DNA of 61,623 bases, filler included, from Choristocarpus tenellus KU-1152 (lineage: Eukaryota > Protista > Phaeophyceae): the NCBI GenBank assembly GCA_964200185.2. It is 12 parts of 12 records of this genome, joined end to end, with 100 filler letters (N's around TTAATTAATTAA, not from the genome) between each part and the next. Parts side by side here need not be neighbours in the genome. Positions count along the whole stretch, not along the records: positions 20,275 to 28,446 come from CAXNAD020005050.1; positions 28,547 to 32,347 come from CAXNAD020017843.1; positions 32,448 to 35,854 come from CAXNAD020020241.1; positions 35,955 to 39,159 come from CAXNAD020021564.1; 8 more parts are not named here. One strand, 5' to 3'. Position numbers and translations under genes: made by a program. Below the pieces are notes generated by a model. The model was not told where the DNA came from and searched no databases. It was given only the letters and a program-made list of their open reading frames with translations. Shown here one piece after another: positions 24,990-38,011 of the stretch (position 1 is its first letter; each line of letters opens with the position of its first letter).

Positions 24990-26178
24990 TTCCTCAGAAA
25001 CTTGGTGATTGGTAGGGGATTTGGTGGCACCCGCCCTCCTCTTGAAGACTCGTGCCGAGGCTGACCTCGAGGCTGAGCTGCAGACGCAGGTGGTGGCATC
25101 GACCTTCTCCCGCCGCCAGACGAGGAACCGCTACCCGCAGATTTCCCTTCCTCGTGTGGTTTGGGCCCTGTCCGCTTTCGCAATTCATATATGCATTGGA
25201 CACCAAGGCGAACACATCGGCTACATGGAGCCTGTCCATCACAAGCCTTCTTCAACCTGTTACAATGTAACGTTGAGATGCAGATATGACGGCTTTGAAT
25301 CAAAACAAGATGACGGGGTGGTTACTACTTTGTAGACCAAAGTACGAGCGTACTCACACCTGCTTTTTCCTCCAATACCCACAACATACACATTTTTTAG
25401 TTAGGTCATACATACACAACAAGAACACCTGCACCCATCGAAACCGACCATTGCCAAACGATGGTATGAGGTGTAACACGCTTGGCAAGATAATTCACCA
25501 TTCGCACCTAAGTGAGTGGTGTGTTTGTTAGATGTGCTGAGCAGTGAGCGGGTGCGGGTAGAATGACAACAAGGAGAGAAACAGATTAACACAGGAACCA
25601 ACAGCAATTGTTGATTTTTGATGTTCCATGGCCAGAAGACAGCGAAGCAATCAACAAGGGTAATGACTGCAAGATCTGTCCTACCGTCTACCAAATGAAC
25701 AGTGTTTTCAGTGAAGCATGTAGGCCAGGAACGTTTCAACGTTTCTGGGATTGGAAGCATTTGCACATCATAAGAAATAGTGAAGGAGTCTCAGTATGCC
25801 TCCAGTATATATTCATTTTGTTAAGGCATTGTAGTAGATAAATGCACACCTTCCACATGAACTGCAGGTGCTGCGGAGACTAGGTGGGGCAGGCGTCCTC
25901 CTTCTATCACGACGTGGAGTCTTCGAACGAGATGTGCCAGCTGCTGCACCAGTGCTTGAGCTGGCAAGGCCCATTGCCATTCCATTCGAAGATAACGATG
26001 TGTTCCGGAGCTCTGTTCGAGGTGGAGCACTCAATCCGCTTGGCCTTAAACGATAATCTCGTGGGATTACGAACCTCTGTGCAACATCTATTTGTGGGTG
26101 AACACCGGGAGGTCTTGCGTCAATTGGTTGCCGAGCTTGTCGTTCATCACCTTTCGATCTCTGTGTGGACCGACTCAT
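24990..26178 (-). CDS. Zn(II)2Cys6 (GAL4-type) transcription factor, first two exons
   Basis: Exons 26178-25850 and 25256-24990 splice (AG|G) to give CSSCGRLKKACDGQAPCSRCVRLGVQC (CX2CX6CX5CX2CX6C), followed by RKRTGPKP. Downstream exons were not resolved. Confidence 0.88.
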
Positions 26179-28365
26179 GGAACGCTGCGTTCCTCTTCCT
26201 TATGGAAATACAGGATCGCTCTGGCCCGGGTGGATGGGTGTAGAAGACAACGTGTCTCGGTGGGATGGGTTAAGTTGTCAAGGAAAACAAAGTATAATGA
26301 ACCTCAAGTGGATGATTACTCTTGTGGTTATGGGGTTGGAACACATACGTCGAGTGTATTCATTTATATGTACCACTAATACGCACAAATACGAAGTAGT
26401 TCTCCCGCACTAGAAGATACAATAATATTATACTCTTAAAAACGATATCATCATTTAATGCGACTGGTGCAGGTCTATCAAACCTTCGTGGTATCCTGAC
26501 TCATTCTGATATATGAAGAGAGGTAGTTGTCATTCAAGGAATAAGAAGAAACATGTAAGGTAAATATACAACAAGACGAAATTAATTGTCCATGGAACTC
26601 GAATATCTATCTCAACGTTGTAGAATGAAGGTGTAGATTTTTAGCGAACTGAATCGTAAACTGTACACCACCCTCAAGAAGCGCCCTCAAAATTGCCCGA
26701 AAATCGAAATTTGGAAGAACGGAAGTTGAACCCTATTTGTCCGCCTATTCAAATCTCAAGTAATGAAATCTAAGAAAGTTTGTAGATTAGAACAGTTCCC
26801 AAACCAAACTGAAATAAACTAGGAAATTAAGTGCAATATGGATTTTGATGTTAGATACCGATATCAATCACAACACAATAAACAAACAGTAGAATATTTG
26901 TTAGGAGTATAACTCAAACGGTTATATATGTAGTTGGATGGAATATATATCGTCAAAAGCGACTAGTGGCCCATAATTTTGCTGCCATAACTTGCCATAA
27001 GAATCAACCCTGAGATTTCGAGATGCACTCTATGCGTTCTATTTCCTGTACAGTAAAGATTCATATGCAAAAATATAACTTACTGATCTTTTTATGGTAC
27101 TGCTCAACGGCATATCTCTACCCGTCAATACTATTCCAATTTCTGTAACATGTGGCTCTAAGATTAATAACGTCATCATATTGGCGGATTGTACACATTC
27201 AAGAACGAACTACGCAGTTGAGATCTTACTCAAACCTGGGTGCAGAGCACCAAACGTCGGTATAAAATTTGAAACGTCCACCCGCACTCCACAACACCTT
27301 TGTCCCATTTTCTAGTTTTCTATACCTGTAGATACTTTCTACACCACCAAACAGTTGATTCGATTTTCTAGTTTTTTAGTCTTCCTCATATTCGAAAAGG
27401 AAATTTCGTGGTCACAATTGTTCCAATCCTTACCTCAAACGATTTAGAAGTTTTTCCTATGTCCGAATCACCACGTATATTTTGTAATTATGGTTACACT
27501 TACTACCCCTGTCTACCAAACATTGCTGATCGTATGGTTACCCAAAAACTTTATTTTCATGTGTAGAGCGTTCACCTCTATGATTTCATTACCAAGTTCA
27601 CTCAGACACACACACCCTGTTCCTTTCCTTCTCTGCTACTGGAGCACAGTGCGCGGCTTACCACGTGGTAAAGCTTCACCCCTCTTCCCTCCGTAACAAA
27701 TCCCCCTGTTACCAATGCACAGCTCCCTCTATGTGAGAATTCTCCATGTAGCACCCCATTCTGGTTATTTGTTTCCGTACACAAAACGTAAGGAACCGAT
27801 TGTGAAGTTAGTTGCAATGACTAAGCGCATACAACGGGATCCTATTGCAATGGATACTCTGGAGAGAAAGGAAAAGCATCATCACTTTTGTCTAAAGCAC
27901 AGATATGAACACAGCGAACTCAAATCAGACCACATTCACGCATCATCCCTTCTGTTTGTGTTGATTGTAGGGTGGACAGCTTCCATCACTAATACTCTCC
28001 ACTGCTTAGAAGGCCCAATGAAGAAAATAAATCCCAAAGGGACCTTGAATGCCTCTCTCATCTTGCCCACTTTGCAGGAAGTAGGTTGCAAAAGTAGTTT
28101 TCGTTGGGATGATTTGCCTACAAGTTCCACTCCATTGGTGTTAAGGATCGACATTATCACACCGGGAAGAAGCAGTGTAAACAGTGCACTAAGAGCTTCA
28201 GGCTGCCACCAACAAGAATTGATCACTGAGGGTGTTGAGTGCAAATCAAGCCAAATACTCCCACTAGTCACCAACACAGTATATAGCTCTTGGTGCATGC
28301 AAGTCAGGTACCGCTAAACAATGCCTTAAGATACTCTTGCTGCTCCAGAAATTTGATGAGCTTTT

Positions 28366-28446
28366 GGCTCAAAGTATCTGGGGATGGGGGGGGGGGTCTA
28401 CACTAGGGTGTCCATTCGGGCCCTGACCAGGAAAAGTGCACTTACA
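28366..28446. mobile_element. MITE family A, truncated by contig end
   Basis: GGCTCAAAGTATCTGGG...TCTACACTAGGGTGTCCATTCGGGCCCTGACCAGG. Confidence 0.88.
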
Positions 28447-29545
28447 NNNNNNNNNNNNNNNNNNNNNNNNNNNNNNNNNNNNNNNNNNNNTTAATTAATT
28501 AANNNNNNNNNNNNNNNNNNNNNNNNNNNNNNNNNNNNNNNNNNNNAGGGATGGGGGTAGGAATTGGGGGGGGCAGGGGGGGGGTTGCAGGGTATAATGG
28601 ATGAGCTCATGCATCATGGGGGTGTGGAATGTGTTTTTTAGCTGGTCTTCTCGCAGATCAGATCCTCCAACGTTAAGGGCTACCCAGGCTGCGCAACTGA
28701 CTGTTTTTTTGTGATAGGTGGTTTGATGTTTGATGAGCGGAAGGATGGTCGGCTGGTTGGATAAATGGAGGGTAAAAGGATTGTTTTGAGTTAGACTCCT
28801 ATGTTTGTCGTTGGGGAGATGTTGGCGAGTCCAGCTAGGAATTGCATGTTCTCCTATATGGTATAGTACCCTGTGTGTACTGTGTGCATTGTCCCCCCGC
28901 CCAACCTTAGTATGTGCACAAGCTCACAACTCTTGTCCATATGAATAGTCTCAACTTGAAGTAAAGAATTGCAGTATTGTTTGCTGCAATTGTACAAGGA
29001 CCGTATGCTATGAGTACTTAGGCTGAACAATACAGTGCATATTCAAGTATAGGAAAAGGATGTTTCATTGTATTTCCATTAATGTTGTGATATGTCCTCA
29101 TGCTTGTCTAGCAAGTATGTCCTTGGGGTTGAAATGTGGTGGAATGTCTCATGTGGTTGGAGAAGATACTACCACACACAATGGGTTATTCTGTACCCTA
29201 CTCCCATCCCCATATTTTTTGTGTACACATATGCCGAGTCCATGTTGATCACAGCTCCGAACCTCACAATGTTTACGGCATCCTGCAAAGACTCGCCAAG
29301 AAAAGTGTGAAAGCTGGGCATGGCTTTGAGTCCATTTTGAGTATTATTTTATGCAATCGCCACCTCAGAGAGCCTTACACTTCCAAATGTCTTTGTACTC
29401 ACCTCCAGTTTCTTGACTTCCCTTGCCCTACTCCCCTACCCTGTTCTCCCACCAAAGTCTATCCATTAAACATGCAGGGTCTAAACTCATCCGTTGCACT
29501 ACAATGCTTGCACACTTTTGCCCTATGTGTGATACGCCTTTCAAG

Positions 29546-30588
29546 GTGAAGAATCAAGTGATAAGAGGGAAAATAACCCAGGCAGCAGTAAAGAAGGCAA
29601 TAGGTCCAGAAGTTCTGGAGGATATAAAGAGATATTTGTCTCTGGGGGACCCATCATCTCATACCTCAATGCTGGGGGGTACTTCTCTTGAGGACGCCTC
29701 CCAGTCGAGGAAAACTACAAACAGCTCTTCAACACATAACCTTGGTAGTAGTCCCAAGCAGGACGACAGTGTAAAGGAAGGAGTCGTGGAGTTGAAAGGA
29801 TCGACTCTGCAGAGTTTGACAGCTGGTCAAAGCAGGTTGCTCGCAGAGGCTGCTGGGGTGGCGGCATTTGAGAAGCTTTGTGGAACTGGGGATAGCCCTG
29901 GCAGTATCCAGGTAAGCAAGAAGGAGTGGATGGTTGGGGGGAGGGTAAAATTATCACATCAGAGCTTGCTCATGTTTTTGAACAAAATCAAAATGTAGTG
30001 GCGATTTGAGGGGTGTCATGAAAGGAATGGAGGGTGAGCAGAGTAAGACTTGACACATGTTTTTATTGTGTGGTAAGCAGCGTTTTTGAAGTCGATAATC
30101 AAGTACTATCGACAGGTGACAGTCAACTGTTCATGTCAGATACGCCTCACTCTGAATAGAGCTAGTCCGGGGATTGAAACCCTGAGAGTTAGCATTGGGA
30201 TCTTATTCAACGATGATTCAAGTCTTACATTGCAGGTAACTGCCGGAGATCTTCATTTTGAGGGGCCGTTGAAAAGTAAGAGTTGTTGATGGCGTTTATT
30301 TATGTTTTTGTTATTGTCGATGTCCCTTGTAGTACAGGAGGTGGTGAAGATGTGATCTGCAAACAAGATGGCATTCTTGTGTGTTTCTCTACACAAAACA
30401 CGTGTAAACTGATTTGATTTACTAGTGCTTGTGCTGACCACCTTGCTTGGCTGCATCTACCTCTGTCCCTGACTTCTCTGTCCACCTATTAGGTGGTTGT
30501 GTCTGGTCCAGCTGGCTTTGTCTATCACATGGAAGGGATATTGCTGAAGATTGGTGTCCCTGTGGATGCGATGGTTCTCCTTGACTAA
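29546..30588 (+). CDS. C-terminal exons of an FNR-family / cytochrome b5 reductase-like NAD(P)-binding protein
   Basis: Phase-0 exons 29546-29911 (VIRGKITQAAVKKAI...) and 30493-30588 (VVVSGPAGFVYHMEGILLKIGVPVDAMVLLD*) resemble the GRI ... CGPPGM ... LG terminal motifs. Confidence 0.62.
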
Positions 30589-31842
30589 TATAGATGTACG
30601 GTGCTTGCTGGAAGTGTTTGTGTGTAGTGAGGTGATGTTTTGTACAGGGGATATGTGAGAAAAAAAAACTCTAGTATTAGAGTTGATGCTTTGTTGTGAA
30701 AAGGGCGAGCACAGAGACAGGCTGACTAGTCCTCAAGAAGGGGACGGTGCCTTATTTTAGGATGTAATGCAGTATTTGCTTTTGTAGTCAGTGCTATTGG
30801 GAAACATCAAGCAAGATGTTATGATTGCTGCAAGGATGGGCTTCACGATTTTTCGAGAGTGCTTGCATGAACATTCATGCTACTCTAGCATGGTCCTTTG
30901 AAGTACTCACTACATGTTAAGTCTTGACCACACCACACATTTTTGGAACCTTGACTTTTTCAACAGAGCGAAATGCCTTCTCGTCAAAGTTTGCTGTGCA
31001 AACACAGCAAACAGGCAAGACAGCAATGGGTCATAGGATGGATATGGCGGGGATTCATGAAGTTTACGTTGTGATCATGACTTCTTCGCCAAGGCAGGCT
31101 CGGTGATGTACAGATAGCTTGATTGTTGCAGCATGTATGTATGGGAGAGATAGTCGATCGACCCGGTGCACTCCACCACTGTGTTCTAGTAAGTTGAAGG
31201 TGTTGACAGAAAGCTGGGATTTCTGAGAAGGAACAGTGTGGGCAAGACTACCATCGAATTTGCTTAACTGTGCCCACTCTGACGTCCTTTGGATGTTTCC
31301 TAGATATTTTGCTACTACTACTGTTATTTTTTTCCAAGTAGTACTGTTTCAAGTGTTGTACCTATTGTTTTTAGATTATATGCAATGCCATTCACGGGTT
31401 CTGCCTGCTGTTCTCTACAGCTAGCTAACCATTGTATAATAGTGGTGCACTTCAATTGGTAGTTTTATTGTGCAGTACAATTTCTTGGTTAGATAGTGTT
31501 CCTTTCCTTGCGTCTCCCTTTCCACAGCAGACTTGTTGTTCCTTTAATGGATTGGAGTTGGTAGGGCGTGGCTAGATTGTCTGAACCAGTACTTGAGAAC
31601 TAATATATTGAATTGCCAGACTGAGTGCACACAGCATAATTTTAAGCACCTCCAGAACAAAGTGGCATGTGAACGCTACTACTTCACCGCTCTGTGACAG
31701 CATGAAAACCTGACTTATTCCCTCTAAATACAAAATACTACATCTACCTTGAAAAATATGAACAATTAAACATTGCTCACTGTGGACAACGTACGCTTTC
31801 GTAACACTATGTTTTAACACTTTGTGTTAACATTTCGCTGAG

Positions 31843-32115
31843 TGTTACGTGCTTCGTACATTATGCTCTTTTCTTAAAACATGAGCATAGTCCAAGAATG
31901 TTACGTATGTTTGGAATGGAGCGTTCCAAGCAGAGTATACGTTTTGGACTGGAACGATACTGGCATACATTGTTACGTGCTGCGTACATTATACTATTTC
32001 CTTAAAATATGAACATAGTCCAAGAATGTTACGCATGCTATGGAATAGAGTGTTCCGAGCGTTACATATTGTTGTACTCCAGCGTGTATGTTTTGGACTG
32101 GAATGATACTGGCAT
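31843..32115. repeat. Degenerate tandem duplication (~130-145 bp unit)
   Basis: TGTTACGTGCT..CATAGTCCAAGAATGTTACG..GTTTTGGACTGGAA.GATACTGGCAT occurs twice. Confidence 0.8.
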
Positions 32116-33343
32116 TGTGTTTTTTGTGTCCAATATTGTGATGAGTGTTACGCTCTGTAAGGTAAAATGTTTTATAAATCCAACACGTTACTAAATCGAC
32201 AGATTTTCTTGCTTTTTTTGTTGGTAGACCGTTTTCTGTTTCTATTGCTAGACACAAAACGGTGGGCATGCGCAACTCCCCCCCAGTCCTGATTTTCATT
32301 CCAAGAGAAAGCACCGAGAATATTGATTCTCATTCCGTCTCTTTTCCNNNNNNNNNNNNNNNNNNNNNNNNNNNNNNNNNNNNNNNNNNNNTTAATTAAT
32401 TAANNNNNNNNNNNNNNNNNNNNNNNNNNNNNNNNNNNNNNNNNNNNTTGTTTTTGTTTTTTTTTTTTGTTTGGACCAGGCTTTGGTTTTTTTTTGTGGG
32501 TTGGGGGTATTTTTTGTGGTGGGTTTTTTTTTTTTTTTTTTTTTTTTAATGAATTGTAGTGGCACGGATTGAAAAAACGTTCTGATGATGTGGAGTGCCA
32601 ATGGCTTGAACATTGTCTTGGTCTCTTACTGTCCTTTCCGAAGTGTTGTAGAGGATACATCTTCTGGTCGGTCTGTGCAGCCATTGGTTGGTATGTATAC
32701 ATCCCCCTCGTGATGGCATCCTTGCCATTTTACAATGTGACTTGTGCAGTCCAGCTCTCCGATAGAGGAAGGAGAGGCGCGTGTGACATAGAGTTGTGTT
32801 GTCCTGGTGTGAGCTGGTTAGTTCTCATGCTATCTGGAAATGAGATTGGTGGATTTAAGCGGTTAGTTTGTTGTTGGGGTTAATTCACACGTGGAACCAA
32901 AAGTTCAGTTTTTCCTAATGTGTTGGACTCGGTTTGAGTTGTGTTGAAGTATCTCAAGGGGTTTGGAACCCTGTAGTGTTTTGCAATTGTTGTTCACATG
33001 TCCATTTATTTGTTGTGGAGGTAGAGTAGTGAGTGAAGGTGCAATTGCACGCCCAAGCATGGTGTGGCTTACGTCACTTTAGTCGGTGCGCTTGTTTGTC
33101 GCTGAAGGTGGATGGAAAAGGTGGACTCTCGTATACTTTTTTACCAAGTGTTTCCAAGGATTATGGGCTCATATTGTTTCTTCCTGCAATAGTGTTCATT
33201 CCACTTACATGGCAACAACATGATGCAAGTGCAGTCAGTACTAGTGTAGTTGAAGATTTTACTTTGTACCTCAACAACTAGTACAAGAAGAGGTTACACT
33301 GTACAAGAACATCCTCTAAGTCCAGATTTCCTTCTCATTTCAG

Positions 33344-33883
33344 GCACCTGGATATTGCACTGCAGGTGGATCCCAATTGCGCTGGAGCTTTCATGGACAC
33401 AGGCCAGCTCCTGATGCAAGAAGGTCTTCCCAGTGAGGCCCTTGCCATGTGAGTTTTTTTTTTTAGTGGTATTGACGAATAGTATGATAATTAATAAATG
33501 TGATAAATAATATACCTGCAGGAATTTGTAGTGAGGATTACTATACTTTTTGCTTCACGAACCTCGTCTGTAGTTCTGTTTGGCGATGGTAGGTTGAGGT
33601 GAACCTTGCAGAGCAGCTTGCAGTGGGAGGGTTTCATGCTTGGACTAGATTTTTGTCTCTTCCAGGGAGTACCTCTATTGAGTAGTCAGTCCTATATCTG
33701 GAAGTGAACATGCATACACACTACAAGGAATGTCAGCAAGATGCTGAATATTTTCATTTTGCTGCCCAAGGGCTTGACTGGTGTTAGGTAGAGAGCACTA
33801 TTTCCATCCTCTGATTATATCCTGTTGCTCCGCCTATTTTCAGGTACATCCATGGAGTTGAAAAGGCTCGGTACCCATCAGAG
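33344..33883 (+). CDS. Internal exons of a TPR protein (resembles the Tom70 C-terminus)
   Basis: Exons 33344-33448 and 33844-33883 join in frame: HLDIALQVDPNCAGAFMDTGQLLMQEGLPSEALAM|YIHGVEKARYPSE. Confidence 0.65.
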
Positions 33884-34936
33884 GTGCATGATTCACTGGC
33901 ATGCCATAACATTGCCAAGTGCCATGTGGGGGCACAAACTCTACTGCGTAGGTTTAACTTGTAGGGATTGTTGTGAGGTATGTTTGTGTTTGAAGACTGC
34001 TTGCTTTAAACCCTTTTTTGCTCTGTTGGGGATGTGTGTGGTGTTTCACCTCTAGCATGTTCTGTGTGGTGAAACCACTCCTGTTTTCTACAGTTGCTTA
34101 TATAGCCTGTAGTCTTGTGGCCTCGGGATGTCATCTGGGAGGGCAGTGCACAAGTCTTTTTCGACTCCCCAGTTCTATAAGGTTATTGGGAATGTGAAAG
34201 TTCCAGTGGCCAATCATGTTTTCCTGTGACAAGCGCTTCCCATGCTTCCTCAGGTGCATATAGATAATGTACTCGAAGTACAGGAATTCCCCCCCCTTGG
34301 TGCCATGTTTGCTTCATGTCAAGTACGATCTTGGGTAGGAAGGTATGTGCTGCAATTTAGTGCTGATTTGTTCATTGTTGTCTTCCGAAATTGGAATTTT
34401 GAAATAGGTTTGTGCAGCTGCCTGATGCGTCTACAATAGGAAAGGAGGAGTGTGACTCGGTGGAATCTATGCAGTCACGTACTATTTAGTATTCTTATGT
34501 CCCTGATGTACATGTATTGTACAAGTCCACACAAGAGCACTCTTCATGCACTGCTTTTGAGCACCTACTATGGACACATTTATTCCTGAGAGCTGTTCCC
34601 AGTTGGCCCATATAACGAGAAACTAACTCATTGGTAAAGGATCAAATGTCTCCAGCAGGGATATGCACCCTCGAGGATCAATCGCCAAATCCAGTATGCC
34701 GTAGTTGGTGATTAATCTTGCCTGCCATCCTATACACTTCTTGGTTTTTCTGTGACCACAATATTCCACAGGAGTTCCTCTCTTGCCCCAGGTTGATGGT
34801 ATTCATTCGCAACCCGTTTTCTTTTATAAATTGCATTATTGGCAGTTTTTTTGTTTAATACAAGTCCCCGATCTTGAACCCACCCAAGTCTACCTCACTG
34901 AGTATTGCGTCTATTATTAGAGCGTACACGAGTTAT

Positions 34937-34970
<34 letters not shown>

Positions 34971-35687
34971 TCGGATTATATATGATCTTCGCATCAGTGG
35001 GAGGGGTCCCAAACCCCATGATGAAAAGGTAGTTGGAGGAAAGTAGGAACTCGAAACTTTTGAAAACAAAGATATACACCTGCTGTGTAAGTACTCCTCC
35101 TGAGTAAATGAACAAATAAAGGAAGCAACAAAATGTAGTGAAGAAATTAAAAAAAAAATCCGCCCATAACGCACAAAACACCCAATGGTTCGAACATTAG
35201 TGTCATGGCATATCTCCAGATCCAATGGGAAAAAAAAGTAAGAAAATTTGTTGTAACATCCAGTCAATCCAAAACGAAAACCACTCGTATCCCAACAGAA
35301 AGAGCAATATAAATTATATACCCAGTTCGTCCTCATCTCACAACCACTTATCGCACAAAGGATTGCAAGAATAGTCAACCAAAAGAAAGAGATGACGGCA
35401 ATGTATAGGAACATTAATCACAACGTGGTGAATGTAAATTAGAACGATCTACCTGTGCTGCTGTAGGTCCTGCTTCAGCATGACCGCAACCACTATAACA
35501 GCTTCTCTGGCATGGCACTTGTCCATGGTGCTCCTTCTTCCATAGCTGCAAACTTATACTGCCTTTTGACTCCATTGACTCCATCCCTTGGCTGTGATCC
35601 CAAACTTCTCAAAGTGATCTTCCAGGCACACCCACCAGTTCTCTCCACCTTACTCTTGTTTTTCCTTGGGAAGTTCTCCATACATCA

Positions 35688-35854
35688 GGCCAAAAGTATC
35701 TGAGGGGGGATGGCGGCTGTCAATGGGGTCAATTTTTTCATGTCGCGATTTTGGGGTGGTTTGGGTTGCATATGTCTGATGGATAATGTAAGTGCTCTTT
35801 TCCTGATTTTGGGCCAAATGGACACCCAAGTGTAGACCCCCCCCCCCCCCCCCC
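35688..35854. mobile_element. MITE family A, truncated by contig end in poly-C
   Basis: GGCCAAAAGTATCTGAGGGGG ... GGACACCCAAGTGTAGACCCCC. Confidence 0.88.
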
Positions 35855-35954
35855 NNNNNNNNNNNNNNNNNNNNNNNNNNNNNNNNNNNNNNNNNNNNTT
35901 AATTAATTAANNNNNNNNNNNNNNNNNNNNNNNNNNNNNNNNNNNNNNNNNNNN

Positions 35955-36833
35955 CACCCCCTCCACCCCCTCCACCCCCTCCACCCCCTCCACCCCCTCC
36001 ACCCCCTCCACCCCCTCCACCCCCTCCACCTCCACGCCCTCCTCTTCCTCCTCGTCCACCGCGGTCAAAAGGATCCATCATCGATGAGATTGACATTGGA
36101 GTACTGGGTAACGAGCTGGGGGAGGTTGGGGTTCTGGAAATCGAATTTGCACCCGTCCCTCCACTGTTGTCCAGGCCACTACCACCTCCACCAGTTACGT
36201 ACTGAATGGATCGACGCCCAAGGTCTCCGCGCGGAATTGATCTGGCATCCCTCTGTGATAAAGGAGACTGTTAAACAACAAGAGGGGAGGGTAGGGTGTA
36301 CATGTCAGCAATCCTTTGTACTCCGTCAGCAAATACCTGCGTAGTCAGTCAGCAGGTCTCCCTCTGACTGAATTGGTGCTTCAGATGCGCACTTTCTGGC
36401 AGAAAATCGCTGAGAAACTTCAACATTTCATCTTCTTCAGACAACGCGCCTTAATATCAGTGGCCAAAACAACCACCAGCTTACATCTACTGGGAAAAAT
36501 TAGTTCCAACATGACTTCGAAGATCTGTGTCGTCATTCACAGAAGAAAGGAGGCAATCTTTCTGTAAATTGTAGAGTAAATTCCTCCAGCGCACAATCAC
36601 ACCTGCATTTCAATCGGCGTGAAAGGTGTCCTTGGTGTTCCCACTATGCTCCGGCCTGCCGTAGAAGGGGTTCGAGGAATCGATCCAGAAAAGCTAGCCA
36701 TGGCGTGGGACCCATACTCCGACATTGGTGTTGGAGGTGCAGAATGTGCTGGCGATCCTACAGATTGAGGAGGGGGCGAAGCAGGAGGTGATGTCGGCAA
36801 GACTTGTTCCAAATTTCCATTTGGGGATGACAT
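35955..36833 (-). CDS. MCM4: Probable MCM4 N-terminus (S/T-P-rich), first two exons
   Basis: Exon 36833-36603 (MSSP...TPRTPFTPIEMQ) splices to an exon starting at 36267 (SPLSQRDARSIPRGDLGRR...poly-Gly). The MSSP start, many SP/TP sites and RGDLG motif resemble MCM4, but no conserved MCM domain is within the contig. Confidence 0.5.
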
Positions 36834-37085
36834 GGCTTATCCAGCAATTCAATGCTCGTTCCCTTCGTCTAATCGCACTTCCTTGAGGGAGTTTTCCCAA
36901 TTCAAATTTTGAAAGGGGAATACCAACATATGACCTGTAAGAGATATATCGAAAATATATCGAACATTACCAACTAAATACCAGACGAATGCCTGATGAC
37001 CATCCAAAGAGGACTGAGGCCATAGCAAGGTCTCACAAGTGAGGAACGTGAGCGGCGGGATAGCCGTGGCGGAGCTGGTCTCATC
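36834..37085. promoter_or_regulatory. Putative bidirectional promoter and 5' UTRs between the MCM4-like gene and RPS24
   Basis: Only 252 bp separate two divergent ATGs. Confidence 0.55.
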
Positions 37086-38011
37086 ATGTCTAACAATGTG
37101 ACGGTCAGGACGCGCAAGTTCATTCGAAATGCTCTCCTCTCGAGGAGGCAGATGGTGAGTCCCTTGCATGCCTGATTCCTCAAATGGGGCCATTTGGAAT
37201 GAGGGACAGGGGATCGAATAACTCACGGTATATTACCTGGGTAACTTGTCTTCAACACAAGGATTAGTGAGATTCTCGCCTGTTAGGTTATTGGGATGGA
37301 TGAGGATTAGATATTTCGTCCATGCCACCACCGAAACGATGGCCACTGGGTCTGTCAGGACAACTGTAATCGACGACCCGTTCCACCAACTGTGACAACG
37401 GCGCAGATTGTGCCCTTTGCTCTTGCTACATGGTCAGCGTAGGGTGGATTAAGTACGCATGTTACACGTGATAAGGTATTGTCTTGCTAGCCCATTGTTG
37501 CATTTTTCAACAGCCTACAGGTCAAGAGTGACTTGCGGCTACTTGTAATATTCTGGGTTGTTGCGTTTACATGGATGCTTGCTGGGGAACCTTCCCACAG
37601 GCTTGAAAATATTTGAATCCTCTACGCGCACACATCAACTAATTTGAGGATGTACAGTTCCCAAGAGGTTGCGCGCGAATTCCTATCTTGCAGAGCACAA
37701 CTCATGTCTAGTACTATGGTTCTAGTTGAAATAGAGATAACTGGAGTTGATCTCCATGGGTATACACTGAGCCAGTCTTCCACCCTAAGGTCACCAGTGC
37801 GTTGTTAGGTAGTGAATGTAACTCCCTATCTCCTCCACACCGTTTGCCCTAGTGAGAACAGATGCCCTTGATCAAGGTCTCCTTGTTAACACCCTTCATC
37901 ATTCCTGAAGCGCCAAATCCACGCCACCCAATATTTTTCCAGGTGGTAGATATCATCCACCCTGGCCGGGCCAACGTGTCCAAGTCGGAGCTCGGCGAGA
38001 TGGTTGCCAAG
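37086..38011 (+). CDS. RPS24: 40S ribosomal protein S24 (eS24), exons 1-2
   Basis: Exon 37086-37154 MSNNVTVRTRKFIRNALLSRRQM (GTGAGT donor) plus exon 37943-38011 VVDIIHPGRANVSKSELGEMVAK. The remainder lies beyond the contig. Confidence 0.95.

Noticed and set aside
25868-26243. Plus-strand ORFs opposite the Zn2Cys6 exon
   Set aside because: Antisense shadows of the GC-richer coding exon, with no motifs.
35440-35687. Possible MULE/FAR1 N-terminal relic (KVERTGGCAWKITL)
   Set aside because: Only one short motif; insufficient without a search.
36849-37226. 125-aa minus-strand ORF
   Set aside because: It overlaps RPS24 exon 1 antisense and the promoter gap, and has no recognisable content.
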